Below the pieces are notes generated by a model. That model saw only the letters and a program-made list of their open reading frames with translations. It made no database searches and was not told the origin of the DNA. From IMG/VR virus record IMGVR_UViG_3300032268_000397: a stretch of DNA of 20,000 bases; one strand, written 5' to 3'. Shown one piece after another: positions 1 through 10,119 of the stretch; position 1 is the stretch's first letter; every line of letters begins with the position of its first letter. The position numbers were made by a program, and so were the translations under genes. The stretch comes from an uncultured virus (IMG/VR IMGVR_UViG_3300032268_000397). Its lineage: Duplodnaviria > Heunggongvirae > Uroviricota > Caudoviricetes.

Positions 1-1679
1 ATATGATTCCAAGAAAGTGGGGCTACTGTTTGATTAGCATTTGTTGTGAGGGTAACGAGATTACTACTATCTATGTTAGTTGAATACTGCAATCTTCCAT
101 TTGAAAGTAGAGACAATAGTACGTACTGCCCATTTGCATTTGTTGGACGCATATCTAATAGGAATCTATATACGTCTGCTGAAGAAGGCAAGCTATCTGG
201 CCTAATCCAAAAGTCTATCGTAAAATCATTAAGATCAAAAGCAAATGCGTTTAATATAGAAGTTTGTATACCCTGTCTACCGGAACCATTGAGATATAAG
301 CTTTGAGTGCCAGACTTATAACTTACATTAGATAGCGCACTGTTGATGTTATTAACGGTAAAATTATTATCTGAAAAATCTGATATGCCCTGATTAAAAT
401 TTATTAGTAAGGAAGGCTTTTTCACATCCGGCGTATCTGTAGACGGAGTAGGAGCTAGATAAGATATACTATATTCTCTATCGTACCAATAATCTTTAGA
501 CTTTAAATATAATCCAGCATTATTAATTAAATCGTCTGAAAACAAACCAGCAGCATTACCATTGATATCAATATTTGATGCTAAGTAAAATCTTTTAAGC
601 TGTGGTAGTAAAATACTATTTTGTATAACAAGATTATTTACAATAGCATTTCTCCAAGCGTGATTTGGAGAACCTAGATCATAAAAATTATCTGCCTCGG
701 GTATTATACTGCCCTTAGATGTAACTAACCCTTCTGATCTATGTAAATTAGTAGTGTTTAATCCAATATAACCATCTTTGGAGAGAAATAATAAAGTATT
801 GTTGGTATCGCCTTGAGACTGAGGTGGTTTATTAAACGATAAGTTATCTAAAAATTCTATTGATTTATCTAGATATAAACTTCTCCACCAGTAATTACGA
901 CTACCTAAGTCAAATAAAGCTATAGAGGTATCGTTATTAACATCCAGCCTACCAGACATAGTGGGGCCGATATTACCACCAACCTGTAGGACGGCTTCGT
1001 TGTGAAGCGAAATACCCGTGCTATTTACTGTTGGGGCTATTGCTAATTTTAAATTGGATGAAGATAGTTTTCCAAATATTAATGGTCTTAAATCATTTCT
1101 GGTATTACCAGAAGACCCACACATATCATCATAATCAATGTCATAAGAAGCAATGAATAAATTATAGTCTTGCTCTAGGTCTGGAAGTTTATTTAAATGA
1201 TATCCAGCGGCATGACCTAAAGCTATATTGTAATTTCTGTGTTTATTTAGATATAACGAATAATTTCCAATAGAAACATTACCAATACCGTCAATGATGC
1301 TAGGTAAAGAATTATAACCTATTGCAATATTCTTACTACCATATAAATTACAACTCATAGCAAAAGAACCAATAGCTGTATTAAAGCTTGATTGGTAGTT
1401 TGAAGCTAGTGCTGAATAACCAAAGGCAGAATTATCTTGACTGAGATAGCCAACAGTACTGACTGATCTAGATAATGTATTTTCACCAGCCTTAGTAGTT
1501 CTATCATTAACTGTAGCAAAATTTGCTGAATTCAAATTTGTAGTAACTAAGATATTAGGAAGAGAGTCTAGTATGTTGACTAGACTTTCTCTTAAATCTT
1601 TAGGTGAAATTCTACCAGAATTATTATCTGGTAGAACTCTATTAATGCTGTCTACAAGCTGATTTTTTGATAGAATCAT
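1..1679 (-). CDS. Virion fibre/adhesin-like protein, partial (>=559 aa, runs off the left edge): 14-aa NxAxG repeats, fibre-type DLGS..W motifs, LamG/ConA-like domain
   Basis: Absent from the ORF track. ATG at 1679 (MILSKNQLVDSINRVLPDNNSGRISPKDLRESL...) and no in-frame stop to position 1 by manual check. Repeats NSAFGYSAL/NTAIGSFAM/NIAIGYNSL/NVSIGNYSL/NIALGHAAG; DLGSRNYWW and YDLGSPNHAW motifs; Pro/Thr linker; then SLYLNG...DFTIDFWIRP...SWNH typical of LamG-like domains. Confidence 0.8.
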   Translation of the reverse strand, partial: MILSKNQLVDSINRVLPDNNSGRISPKDLRESLVNILDSLPNILVTTNLNSANFATVNDRTTKAGENTLSRSVSTVGYLSQDNSAFGYSALASNYQSSFNTAIGSFAMSCNLYGSKNIAIGYNSLPSIIDGIGNVSIGNYSLYLNKHRNYNIALGHAAGYHLNKLPDLEQDYNLFIASYDIDYDDMCGSSGNTRNDLRPLIFGKLSSSNLKLAIAPTVNSTGISLHNEAVLQVGGNIGPTMSGRLDVNNDTSIALFDLGSRNYWWRSLYLDKSIEFLDNLSFNKPPQSQGDTNNTLLFLSKDGYIGLNTTNLHRSEGLVTSKGSIIPEADNFYDLGSPNHAWRNAIVNNLVIQNSILLPQLKRFYLASNIDINGNAAGLFSDDLINNAGLYLKSKDYWYDREYSISYLAPTPSTDTPDVKKPSLLINFNQGISDFSDNNFTVNNINSALSNVSYKSGTQSLYLNGSGRQGIQTSILNAFAFDLNDFTIDFWIRPDSLPSSADVYRFLLDMRPTNANGQYVLLSLLSNGRLQYSTNIDSSNLVTLTTNANQTVAPLSWNH

Positions 1680-1694
1680 TTAACATATTTCTAT

Positions 1695-2375
1695 TTAATT
1701 GAAGACAATTTGTAAAGATTCTGCATCAAATCTTATATTATCTCCAGCATAAACTAATCTTGGATTTGTCAATGTAGAATACATGAGAACATTACCAGAC
1801 TTATAGTTTGCATTGTCAAGAATAGCAACACCAGAAACAAAACCCCAATCATTGATAGCAGTGGGGAAGATTATTTGATACTTATTTACTAAATATCTAC
1901 TGGGTGCAGGGTAAGTGTTATAGTTTGTATTAGACCCAATGCTTGAGCCAGATCCATACACATTGTTGTTACCACTAGCAAAATAAAATATTGTATTTGG
2001 AAACTGTGAGAACGTTACTGTTTCTGATGTAGAACCTCCAGCGCGTACTTGTGATAAGTATACTGGGTAAAAATTACCTGTTACTCCACTACCAACGCCA
2101 GCATTACTTCTGGTTCCAGAAACAGCAAAAGAAACATTGTCAGCAGATGACGCAAATCTCCAAGCGTCTTGTAGGCTTGTGATATTAACGCGGCTATAAC
2201 CAGTAATCGCTGAACCAACTCCACTTGGAATTTCAGAAATTGAACTACCATTACTAATATCCGTAGCGGGATTAGACAATAGAGCTAAAGCTACAGAGCT
2301 TGGCATAGTAAATGGCTGATTAGCAAATACGTGATGTAACAATCCAGATTCAAGGTAATCAGACAAAGCAGACAT
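1695..2375 (-). CDS. Phage virion structural protein (head/tail-associated; SDYLE...GY.R...FPTA..DWG family)
   Basis: 226 aa ORF with AGGAG RBS directly downstream of the capsid gene; motifs SDYLESGLLHHV, GYSRVNI, IIFPTAINDWG, GNVLMYSTL resemble a common phage structural family. Confidence 0.6.
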   Translation of the reverse strand: MSALSDYLESGLLHHVFANQPFTMPSSVALALLSNPATDISNGSSISEIPSGVGSAITGYSRVNITSLQDAWRFASSADNVSFAVSGTRSNAGVGSGVTGNFYPVYLSQVRAGGSTSETVTFSQFPNTIFYFASGNNNVYGSGSSIGSNTNYNTYPAPSRYLVNKYQIIFPTAINDWGFVSGVAILDNANYKSGNVLMYSTLTNPRLVYAGDNIRFDAESLQIVFN

Positions 2376-2412
2376 ATAGATTCTCCTTATAATTTATTTT
2401 CCATATCTATCT

Positions 2413-2421
2413 ATAATACAC
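2413..2421 (-). promoter_or_regulatory. Candidate late promoter motif GTGTATTAT
   Basis: Same motif recurs upstream of four minus-strand genes (2413, 5461, 7525, 14207). Confidence 0.55.
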
Positions 2422-2452
2422 AAAAAGCCACCCCCATGAATATGAGAGTGGC
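2422..2452 (-). terminator. Rho-independent terminator after the major capsid gene
   Basis: Minus strand GCCACTCTCAT-ATTC-ATGGGGGTGGC hairpin (with G-U pairs) followed by TTTTT, about 25 bp after the capsid stop. Confidence 0.8.
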
Positions 2453-2477
2453 CTTACTGTGTGTGACTAAAACAGTA

Positions 2478-3485
2478 TTAGAATGAGCCTAGAATAATTC
2501 TACGGTTATCTAACACGCCAAAGCCAAGTTCCGCAAAGCCATAGTAACCGGCTCTTTGCTGTCTGTGAAGAGTAGGATCTTCGAATACCTGTAGCTGTTC
2601 CTTAACGGGCATTACAAAACTGTCCTTAGTTGACTGATCAAGACCAACGACTAATTCTAGATCGTTTGTCTGAACATTACCACCAAGCTGTGAGGTAAAG
2701 AATGTCTGATATTCCTGACCTTCGCCTAGTTCGTCAAGATCATGGAGGTTCACACCGTAGATTCTGGTGATGGGAGCGCCATCGCCGGAAGCGTTGTAAA
2801 TCTCACGACGAGTTACTTCGTCAATCTGATCAAGACCCCAATTACGAACATCCTCTAAAGCTTCTGGAGAAACATAGAGATCAGTTAGGCGACCACGACC
2901 AACTGATGCACTATTACCACCAGAATTACGACGCATTACTGTCTGGAGAAGAGAAACAAGTCTCTTGCTGAAAAGGCCAGCAGTTGCATCGGCATCAAAA
3001 ACAAGAATGTTACGATCAACGCCAGCAGCTAGAAGAGTGTGCCAGCCATCGTCATTCATCTTCTTTGTAAAGCCAGCTTCCATAACTTGCATGGCGCGTG
3101 ACACCACATCCCAACGAGCATCGCGGGCATAACGAAGAAGATAATCAATTGAAGAAGTGATACTATATGTTGGAATCATCACATAGTCACTCTCAACTGA
3201 ACGTTCTGGAATTCTACCGTGGCCGGGATTAGTATAAGCAACATGGTCGCCTTCTAAGCCGGGAGCCACAAGGTCTAATGGAAACTCAGTGTTGGCACCG
3301 GGTTCTACATTAATGGTTTCAAAGATGTTACCAAGAATGTTACCGACAAGAATGCCCTTACGTAAGGGTAGTTCCAGTGCTTTAGCAAACTCTCTTTGAG
3401 CAGCTTGAGCAACATTGATATCCGCATCCCCTGACTTACGTAGGAGACTGATGAACTCATCACTAGGTCTATTATTAATTGGCAT
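2478..3485 (-). CDS. Major capsid protein (HK97 fold, probable)
   Basis: 335 aa; order portal-protease/scaffold-decoration-this gene; strong AGGAG RBS; followed by a terminator; C-terminal GYYGFAELGFGVLD typical of capsid proteins. Confidence 0.85.
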   Translation of the reverse strand: MPINNRPSDEFISLLRKSGDADINVAQAAQREFAKALELPLRKGILVGNILGNIFETINVEPGANTEFPLDLVAPGLEGDHVAYTNPGHGRIPERSVESDYVMIPTYSITSSIDYLLRYARDARWDVVSRAMQVMEAGFTKKMNDDGWHTLLAAGVDRNILVFDADATAGLFSKRLVSLLQTVMRRNSGGNSASVGRGRLTDLYVSPEALEDVRNWGLDQIDEVTRREIYNASGDGAPITRIYGVNLHDLDELGEGQEYQTFFTSQLGGNVQTNDLELVVGLDQSTKDSFVMPVKEQLQVFEDPTLHRQQRAGYYGFAELGFGVLDNRRIILGSF

Positions 3486-3512
3486 AAAAATTTCTCCTTT
3501 AGTTTAAATTAG

Positions 3513-3962
3513 TCAGGGAAGGTTTACTTCGACTTTGGCATAACCGTCTTCGTCTTTGCTAGTTAAAAATGCTCCGACCTTATTTCCGCTAGCAACTGCG
3601 CTGAAATTTCCAGCGGTTACTGTGCAGCGATAAGCGGTAGCACCAGCAGACGGAGTGCCAGTTACGTTACTGGTGACTACATATCCTTTACGTAGGACTG
3701 TTACCTTGCCACCCTTTTGTACTTCATCCTTATATAGATTAAGGTGAGTTCTAGTTAGATCCTTGTTTACAACGTCGTTAAGAAGAACGCCAACTGGAAT
3801 GCCAGTTGTTGAATACTTAACAAGATTGACACCTTGATCCATTGAAGCACCTGAACCAGCTGTTGTATCGTGAGAAACTACGCCACCGCGAGTGGCAGTT
3901 CCATCGTTATAGAAAAAGCTGATATCAGTTTGAAGTTCATATCTATCTGATTTTAGAGCCAT
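3513..3962 (-). CDS. Capsid decoration/cement protein
   Basis: 149 aa Gly/Thr/Val-rich beta-type protein between scaffold and capsid; PVGVLLNDV, KVTVLRKG and VGAFLT motifs; AGGAG RBS. Confidence 0.65.
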   Translation of the reverse strand: MALKSDRYELQTDISFFYNDGTATRGGVVSHDTTAGSGASMDQGVNLVKYSTTGIPVGVLLNDVVNKDLTRTHLNLYKDEVQKGGKVTVLRKGYVVTSNVTGTPSAGATAYRCTVTAGNFSAVASGNKVGAFLTSKDEDGYAKVEVNLP

Positions 3963-3979
3963 AGTTATTTCTCCTTATA

Positions 3980-5443
3980 TTATTTAACACGTAGTACGTT
4001 TGTCTCAAGCCACTCTGCAATACTTGCTCTTGTGGCCTCTAATTGATCTACCTCATCAGAAGCGTTAATTAAAGTGGCTTCGGTTGAATCTACGTTTGTG
4101 AAAAGTTCTTCAGTAACTTCATCAGCCTTTGATTCTTCTTCAGCATACTTCTTATCCTTCTTTTCCTCTACCATTTTTGCGTCTTTCTTACTATCCTCTT
4201 GCTTAAGAGCCTTTTCCTTCTTCATTGTAACCTTCTTCATTGCGGCTACGATGAGATCAAAACTTGTATCGTCTAATTCTTCATAAGAAGCTAGAGACTC
4301 TTCTGTTTCTTCTTCTGAGAAACCTAAATCTAGAAGACTAGCTTTACGTGACATCTTACTCTTTTCCTTCTTCATCATCTTGAGTTCTTCTTCCTTGCTC
4401 ATCATTTCTTCCTTAGACTTAGCTAAAGCTTCTTCTAAAGATGAAATTGTTACATCTCTTTCTGATAATGACTTGTTGAGACTTTCAATTGAATCTGCTT
4501 TTGTTGTTAGTTCAGCTTGTAGCTTCGAAACAACATCTTCATGCTCTTTTGAATTAAAAGCTTCAACTGAAGCACGAAGTGTAGCATTTTCTTCTTTGAG
4601 AGATGCTAACTCAGCGCGAAGATCAGTCACGTTCTGTTCTAGTACTGTGTTATCTGTCATAGTATCTCCTTCACTGTGATTAAACTTAAAAGTTATTGTA
4701 TTATCTGAGCTAGCACGACTAGCATCTAAGATGACACTTCTTGGGTTGGCAGGCTTTGATACTAAACCTTTACCAGAAAAAGAAATGTCTTTTAAATATC
4801 TACCTATCTTACGTCCTTCATACTGTCCAGTTCCACCATAAGCTCTTAAATGCTTTGTTAAAAACGCCGACGCTTCACTCCTTGGTAATAATGCTGTAGA
4901 TCCACTTTCATCCATTACCGCGTAATCAAATCCAGAAAAAAGACATTCCATTGAAACAAACCATTTGCCTTCTTCAATTTCGGCAATAAGTTGCTTCATC
5001 CTGTCTCTATTTTCTTGATTCGTCCAACTGTTGTATAATACAGCTTCTGTTACGATATCGAAATCAGAAGTATAAGTTTCTACATCAGCTACAGTCGCAC
5101 CATCACGATCTACTACATAACTACCAGTTATATGCCCAATAATGTCATTCTCATTGTGCATAAAATTGAATTGTTTGTCTTCTGGTGTCTTACGAGCAGC
5201 CCAAGTTACAGCTGAATCGAAGACATCATCATTTTTATTCCATCCAGTAGAAACCAAAATAGACTTAATGTAATATAAATCTATTTGTTTAGGATTAGCA
5301 CTGTTTGCTATAACCTTATTTACATAGGACGGATTAAGGTCATTTTCTTCTGAAAGTATAACTGGCGAACAATATGCTATGGATACTTGTTTTTCTACAA
5401 GCTCTCCCACACCATCTTGTAATTCTTTCTTATATACGTTCAT
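3980..5443 (-). CDS. Prohead maturation protease fused to coiled-coil scaffold
   Basis: N-terminal domain with NKNDDVF, FNFMH..DIIG (His), VSMEC (Ser) and GLVSKPANPRS motifs; C-terminal half is an E/K-rich coiled coil; lies between portal and capsid. Confidence 0.75.
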   Translation of the reverse strand: MNVYKKELQDGVGELVEKQVSIAYCSPVILSEENDLNPSYVNKVIANSANPKQIDLYYIKSILVSTGWNKNDDVFDSAVTWAARKTPEDKQFNFMHNENDIIGHITGSYVVDRDGATVADVETYTSDFDIVTEAVLYNSWTNQENRDRMKQLIAEIEEGKWFVSMECLFSGFDYAVMDESGSTALLPRSEASAFLTKHLRAYGGTGQYEGRKIGRYLKDISFSGKGLVSKPANPRSVILDASRASSDNTITFKFNHSEGDTMTDNTVLEQNVTDLRAELASLKEENATLRASVEAFNSKEHEDVVSKLQAELTTKADSIESLNKSLSERDVTISSLEEALAKSKEEMMSKEEELKMMKKEKSKMSRKASLLDLGFSEEETEESLASYEELDDTSFDLIVAAMKKVTMKKEKALKQEDSKKDAKMVEEKKDKKYAEEESKADEVTEELFTNVDSTEATLINASDEVDQLEATRASIAEWLETNVLRVK

Positions 5444-5460
5444 ATTTACCTCTTATGAAG

Positions 5461-5469
5461 ATAATACAC
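5461..5469 (-). promoter_or_regulatory. Candidate late promoter motif GTGTATTAT
   Basis: TTTTTGTGTATTAT identical to the copy at 2413-2426, in the 35-bp gap before the protease gene. Confidence 0.55.
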
Positions 5470-5478
5470 AAAAAATAG

Positions 5479-7485
5479 TTAAAATTGCATAGTATACTCT
5501 ATATACTTACCAAGTACGCTATTTTTGTATTCTTCTAGACTTAGTTTGTCTAAAGATATACCGCTTGTTTTAAGAATTTTTTTGAAATCTTGTGGAGTTT
5601 TTGAATTAGCTTTTAATAATGATACTATATCTTCATTTGATACACTAGATAATGGATTTATATTAGTAAAAATATCTAGTTTAATATTTTCTAGCTGTTT
5701 ACACTCGCTTTTTGTTAACTGTCTAAGGTTAGATTTATTAAGACCATTCAGGTATGGCTCAACTATAAGAGAGGAAATAGCATTCATTGTATTTTCTGAC
5801 CAGACTAAAAGCTCTGCAACTCCCGGCTTAGACCTAGGTTTATCAACTCTCTTTTTCCTAACATTAGTATCTTGCTTTAGTAGTGGGCGACCATTAGGAT
5901 TGGGAGGTTGAATAGGTTTTGGAGCATTTTGTTTATCGATCTTAGATTGCTTGTCCATTTTTTCTAACTCAAATTTTTGATTAGCGTTATGAAAAGGACT
6001 AGCTTTAGGTGGGCCAACACTGTCTCTTTTTTCCATTTCTCTTTTTAGTCTTATTCTCTCTATATCTGGAATTTCTTTAAATCGTTCAATTAAAGTTTCA
6101 TGACTGATAATATCCCTATCAGCTAATTGTATTAATAGATTCTTTTCAGCAGCCTCATCAGATAATGTCATTTGATCAAATTGTATATGAGCCTTATATC
6201 TAAAACCCATAGCTTTTCTAATTATCTCAATTTCCTTCTCCCAAAAACCCGCCAATTGATCGCGTCCGTATTGTAGTCTTTCGACAAGAGTTTTTAGTGA
6301 TATAAAGTTATTTGTAAATCCTCCACCATTTGTTGCCATGCCGGTTAAAGTTGGTGGAACGCCAAGGCCAGCATATATACTATTTAAAACTGAAGTATAT
6401 TTTTCAGAGCCTAGAAATTTATATACTTCACTACTTGATTCAGTGAAGGAAAGTTCTGGACCCCATACTAATTCCATTGTTCCTCCACCCACGTTACTTG
6501 CTAATATATCTCTTAGTTTATTGATAGCAGCTTTATTGGGTAGGATTTTATATTCTAAGTTACCAAGTGTCCATAGTCTTATATTTGATATAGCTCCATC
6601 TAGGGCTGATAAATCTGCTAGTCTCATTTTTTCTAACATGACAATATCATCTAAAATAGCATATATCATAGGGTTCGCCCACTGTCTCCAATCGTCTTTC
6701 TTGTAGTAAAAAACGCTTAATCTCTCTGGGTCTAGTGGAATATCCCTCTCTCCATTAAGTAAACTTTGTTTTACATTTTTTGGTAGACTTTCAAGAACGT
6801 GACTTGGTATATTGCCAGACTGAAATTTATCAAGAAAGTTATCTGCTTTTATTGAAAAATTCTTTAGTCCCATGAAAAGTGATAAGTTCCCATCTTTCAT
6901 CGCAACTGTAAGCGGATTAAAAAAGTTATATCTCCAAGGGATTACATTTTTGTCAGCATTTGGTACTTCAACTTTAATATCGCTAGCAATAGATTTCATG
7001 TAATTATTTAGCTGTGGTGTTACTTTAGCGTAGCTTCGATATATAATTACATTACCACATTTATATAGATTGTTAAGAAATCTTTCTGACCTTTCTTTGC
7101 CATTGACGCTTTTGAACCATTGCTGATAAAATTTTTCTACACTTTTATCACGATGCACAATTTGTATACCTTGACTACCAAAGTCTCCCATTAAGTCAAT
7201 AATGTTACGAATAATGCCAACTTTGTCATATGCTTCCATGCACATTTTTATGATTCTGCGCTGTTCAGTAGGAACTGCTTCTTCTGGCCTAAATGCATAA
7301 TAATCTTTATGCGTAAAACCGGGTCTTACCGATCTATTAGGCTCAATATCTATGAAATTTCTGTAATGATTACCAACAGATTTATTGACAGAAGAATATT
7401 CGCTTACGCTTTCGCTTAATTTGCTCATAGCAACGCTCTTACTGTTTTGATCATCATCAGACCATGTAATCATATCGTCAGTCAT
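5479..7485 (-). CDS. Portal protein
   Basis: 668 aa immediately downstream of TerL; IYAGLGVPPTL and IISHETLIE motifs plus a Pro/Lys-rich C-terminal extension are typical of portals. Confidence 0.8.
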   Translation of the reverse strand: MTDDMITWSDDDQNSKSVAMSKLSESVSEYSSVNKSVGNHYRNFIDIEPNRSVRPGFTHKDYYAFRPEEAVPTEQRRIIKMCMEAYDKVGIIRNIIDLMGDFGSQGIQIVHRDKSVEKFYQQWFKSVNGKERSERFLNNLYKCGNVIIYRSYAKVTPQLNNYMKSIASDIKVEVPNADKNVIPWRYNFFNPLTVAMKDGNLSLFMGLKNFSIKADNFLDKFQSGNIPSHVLESLPKNVKQSLLNGERDIPLDPERLSVFYYKKDDWRQWANPMIYAILDDIVMLEKMRLADLSALDGAISNIRLWTLGNLEYKILPNKAAINKLRDILASNVGGGTMELVWGPELSFTESSSEVYKFLGSEKYTSVLNSIYAGLGVPPTLTGMATNGGGFTNNFISLKTLVERLQYGRDQLAGFWEKEIEIIRKAMGFRYKAHIQFDQMTLSDEAAEKNLLIQLADRDIISHETLIERFKEIPDIERIRLKREMEKRDSVGPPKASPFHNANQKFELEKMDKQSKIDKQNAPKPIQPPNPNGRPLLKQDTNVRKKRVDKPRSKPGVAELLVWSENTMNAISSLIVEPYLNGLNKSNLRQLTKSECKQLENIKLDIFTNINPLSSVSNEDIVSLLKANSKTPQDFKKILKTSGISLDKLSLEEYKNSVLGKYIEYTMQF

Positions 7486-7524
7486 ATTAAATCCTTATCA
7501 GTTAGATTGTTAGTTCAATAACAA

Positions 7525-9501
7525 TTAATACACATCTTTCATAGTGTCAGTAAACCAGCTTGGGCCAGAATAGTAATCTTCATCCTTGTTCTTCTTTTGA
7601 TAATCTCCATTAGCAAATCCGCCATAAAAATTGTATTCGTGAGCAGTCGGTGTTCTTTGTATTGTACGCGCAGCCATGTTAGCCATTAACAATGCAGAGT
7701 ATCTATCTTTTCTGATCTTATTTTTTTTGCCAGTACGAACTAAAACTTCTGGAGTGTCCCATCTATCTCTACCATTAGAAGTTTGAGTCATTTGTATCAT
7801 AGATAATTCATCTTTTAGTTCCTCAATCTCAATTACGCATTCTTCTAAAGTGTCAAACATTCGACTTCTAGATATATCTTCTGATTCAGATATAGCCAAA
7901 CTAATAGCGTCAAAATCTGGGAACAGTAGAACCTTGTCTTCAAAATCCTTTCTCATTCCATGATTAGCTTCTGCTAGCCATTCATGTCTAGCAAATTGAC
8001 ACATCTCTAATATGTGTAGTCCGCGCTCATCGTCTGTATCCTTTGGTTTACTATCTTCAATAGTAGGCCACACTAGAAATTCTCCAGGTTTTAATTTATC
8101 TTTATCGTGCAACGATTCCATGACTGCTATACCGCCGCCCTGCGCGTCAATAGAAACGTGTAGGCATGGAAATAGCTGCATTAAATCTCTAATTTTTCTA
8201 GCACAATATGAGTAGAAGTCTGTTTCAGATACATAGCCCTTTTTAACTTTTTCTTTATGCTCTGTTCGCGTAGTTGTCCAACAATGTACTATTTTTCTAT
8301 AGTTACCATCTAGTTCTAAAACAACAATACTAAAATTATCAACTTCTGAAGCAGGGTCTACGCCGTATACATAACGCTTTTCTTTATTACCAATTAAAGA
8401 TGCGTTGAAATGTATTGTGTTGCCGTTACTATCTATAATGTTATTAGATACTGAAGCAATACAGGATTCTACCAATGATCTTTTAAAAAACCCTTGAGAG
8501 TCTCTTGTAAAACAAGCTCCGTACTCCATTTGGTAAATACCAGTATGTACAGTCGCTTTAGATCTTGCTACTTGATCGGCATCCATAAAGCCTTTAGGTA
8601 GCAATTCATAAGGTATACGTATTATAGAATATTGCTTCCAATCAAAATTTTCTGGAGGATCTTCTCCAAAAATTTCGCGTAACATATTTGCATCACCCTT
8701 ACTTTTAATTATAGATTTCCACTTTTTCCAATAAGTAGCAAAGTGATTAAAATCATAGTAAGCAGTTCCAGATAAAATAATTTGATTGTCTTTTTTGATC
8801 TCTACAGGTTTATCAAGATCAATACCTAACTCTATGGCTTTTTGCTCTGCCGCCAATCTCTTTACGTTCTCTACTGGGTTAGCACTTACAGCAGCGAAAC
8901 CGGCAACAACGTTTTCGAAAATTTCTCTTGGAACAGACGCGAATTCGTCACATATGATATCATTGGCACGTTGACCTCTAATCTTTTGACCATCACCTAA
9001 AGGTAAACAGGTTATAGTGCTGTCATTAAGCTTAAGAGTACAACGATCAGTATCTCTTCTTGGGCCACTATCTCCATCGCAAACATCTCTAAGCATTGGA
9101 GAATTGTTCCATATCGTTTCCATGTATTCAAACAATATTTTGGACTGACGAAAAGCGGCACCAACAATAACAATTTTTCTTTTTGGTAGTATTAATGCGC
9201 GCAGTATGGAATATAATGAAAGCATAAAAGACTTTCCAGCACCGCGAGTAGCGATAAGCATAGGGAATTTACGCTCCCATAGTTCTCTTAAAATCAAAGA
9301 TTGAGATGGAAGAAGTTGAGTATTTAATATATGCTTGGCTATAAATGGAAGATAGTCGGGCTGGGTCATAAGCCAAGCTAATCTTATATTAAATTCTTCA
9401 TCATCAGAAGAAACGAATTGCATAGGATTAAAAAAGTTGCTTCCAACTTGATCTAAACCAAGCCATGCTTCTTCTACTATTTTAAGATCATTTACTCCCA
9501 T
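7525..9501 (-). CDS. terL: Terminase large subunit
   Basis: Walker A ATRGAGKS, IRGQRA, Walker B IICDEF, coupling motif LSGT, RNase H-like nuclease YGVDPA and C-terminal KDRYSA. Confidence 0.92.
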   Translation of the reverse strand: MGVNDLKIVEEAWLGLDQVGSNFFNPMQFVSSDDEEFNIRLAWLMTQPDYLPFIAKHILNTQLLPSQSLILRELWERKFPMLIATRGAGKSFMLSLYSILRALILPKRKIVIVGAAFRQSKILFEYMETIWNNSPMLRDVCDGDSGPRRDTDRCTLKLNDSTITCLPLGDGQKIRGQRANDIICDEFASVPREIFENVVAGFAAVSANPVENVKRLAAEQKAIELGIDLDKPVEIKKDNQIILSGTAYYDFNHFATYWKKWKSIIKSKGDANMLREIFGEDPPENFDWKQYSIIRIPYELLPKGFMDADQVARSKATVHTGIYQMEYGACFTRDSQGFFKRSLVESCIASVSNNIIDSNGNTIHFNASLIGNKEKRYVYGVDPASEVDNFSIVVLELDGNYRKIVHCWTTTRTEHKEKVKKGYVSETDFYSYCARKIRDLMQLFPCLHVSIDAQGGGIAVMESLHDKDKLKPGEFLVWPTIEDSKPKDTDDERGLHILEMCQFARHEWLAEANHGMRKDFEDKVLLFPDFDAISLAISESEDISRSRMFDTLEECVIEIEELKDELSMIQMTQTSNGRDRWDTPEVLVRTGKKNKIRKDRYSALLMANMAARTIQRTPTAHEYNFYGGFANGDYQKKNKDEDYYSGPSWFTDTMKDVY

Positions 9502-10118
9502 GATGTAATAACCTTATCAGCAAATCCATAGTTTACTGCGTCATTAGCGTTTATATACCAATCGCCATTCTTCATCTTTCTATAAAGAAAGTTTTTGACT
9601 TTTGTTAAATCCCAATTCTGATCTTTGAAATATTTACCTTTTACGCATCTGCTAGCATAAATATCCATCATGATGTCACAAAGGTTTTTCTCATATTTAA
9701 CCCAGTTTTGAACATTTAAATAATGACCATTAGCATCGCTAGAGCCAAAATGGGACATAAAGTAAGAATTTGGCGTCATAAGTCGTTTATCAGCAGCTTG
9801 TAAAATGATACTACTCATAGACTCTGCCTGTCCATAAACTATTATGGTTACATGGGATTTGCACATAGTAATAGTATCGAATATAGCCATTCCGTCAGAC
9901 CATTCTCCACCTATACTATGCATATGTATGAAAATTTCATTGTTGTTATCTTGTTCCAAAACACGTACATTTTTTATGAACGTATTAGCCATTTTATATT
10001 CAACGCCGGGATTGCTATTCTCATCTGATGCATAAGTATTATGCAAAAATATTTCTCTAGTCTTTATATTGCAGCCATAATTATGTAAATCAAACAATTT
10101 GTCATGTGTAATTGCCAT
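9492..10118 (-). CDS. clpP: ClpP-family serine protease
   Basis: HSIGG, AESMSSIIL (catalytic Ser), FMSH (His), DWYINANDAVNYGFADKVI. Start placed at 10118 (MAITHD), just after the upstream stop, rather than 10217. Confidence 0.85.
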   Translation of the reverse strand: MAITHDKLFDLHNYGCNIKTREIFLHNTYASDENSNPGVEYKMANTFIKNVRVLEQDNNNEIFIHMHSIGGEWSDGMAIFDTITMCKSHVTIIVYGQAESMSSIILQAADKRLMTPNSYFMSHFGSSDANGHYLNVQNWVKYEKNLCDIMMDIYASRCVKGKYFKDQNWDLTKVKNFLYRKMKNGDWYINANDAVNYGFADKVITSWE

Positions 10119-10119
10119 A

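Noticed and set aside
1..1679. Apparent gene-free region suggesting stop-codon recoding
   Set aside because: It is one open minus-strand frame lacking a stop inside the window. Other genes read intact in the standard code, and TAA, TAG and TGA all appear as stops.
7525..9501. Intein or intron in the terminase
   Set aside because: Continuous ORF with normally spaced ATPase and nuclease motifs; no intein splice-junction or LAGLIDADG signature seen.
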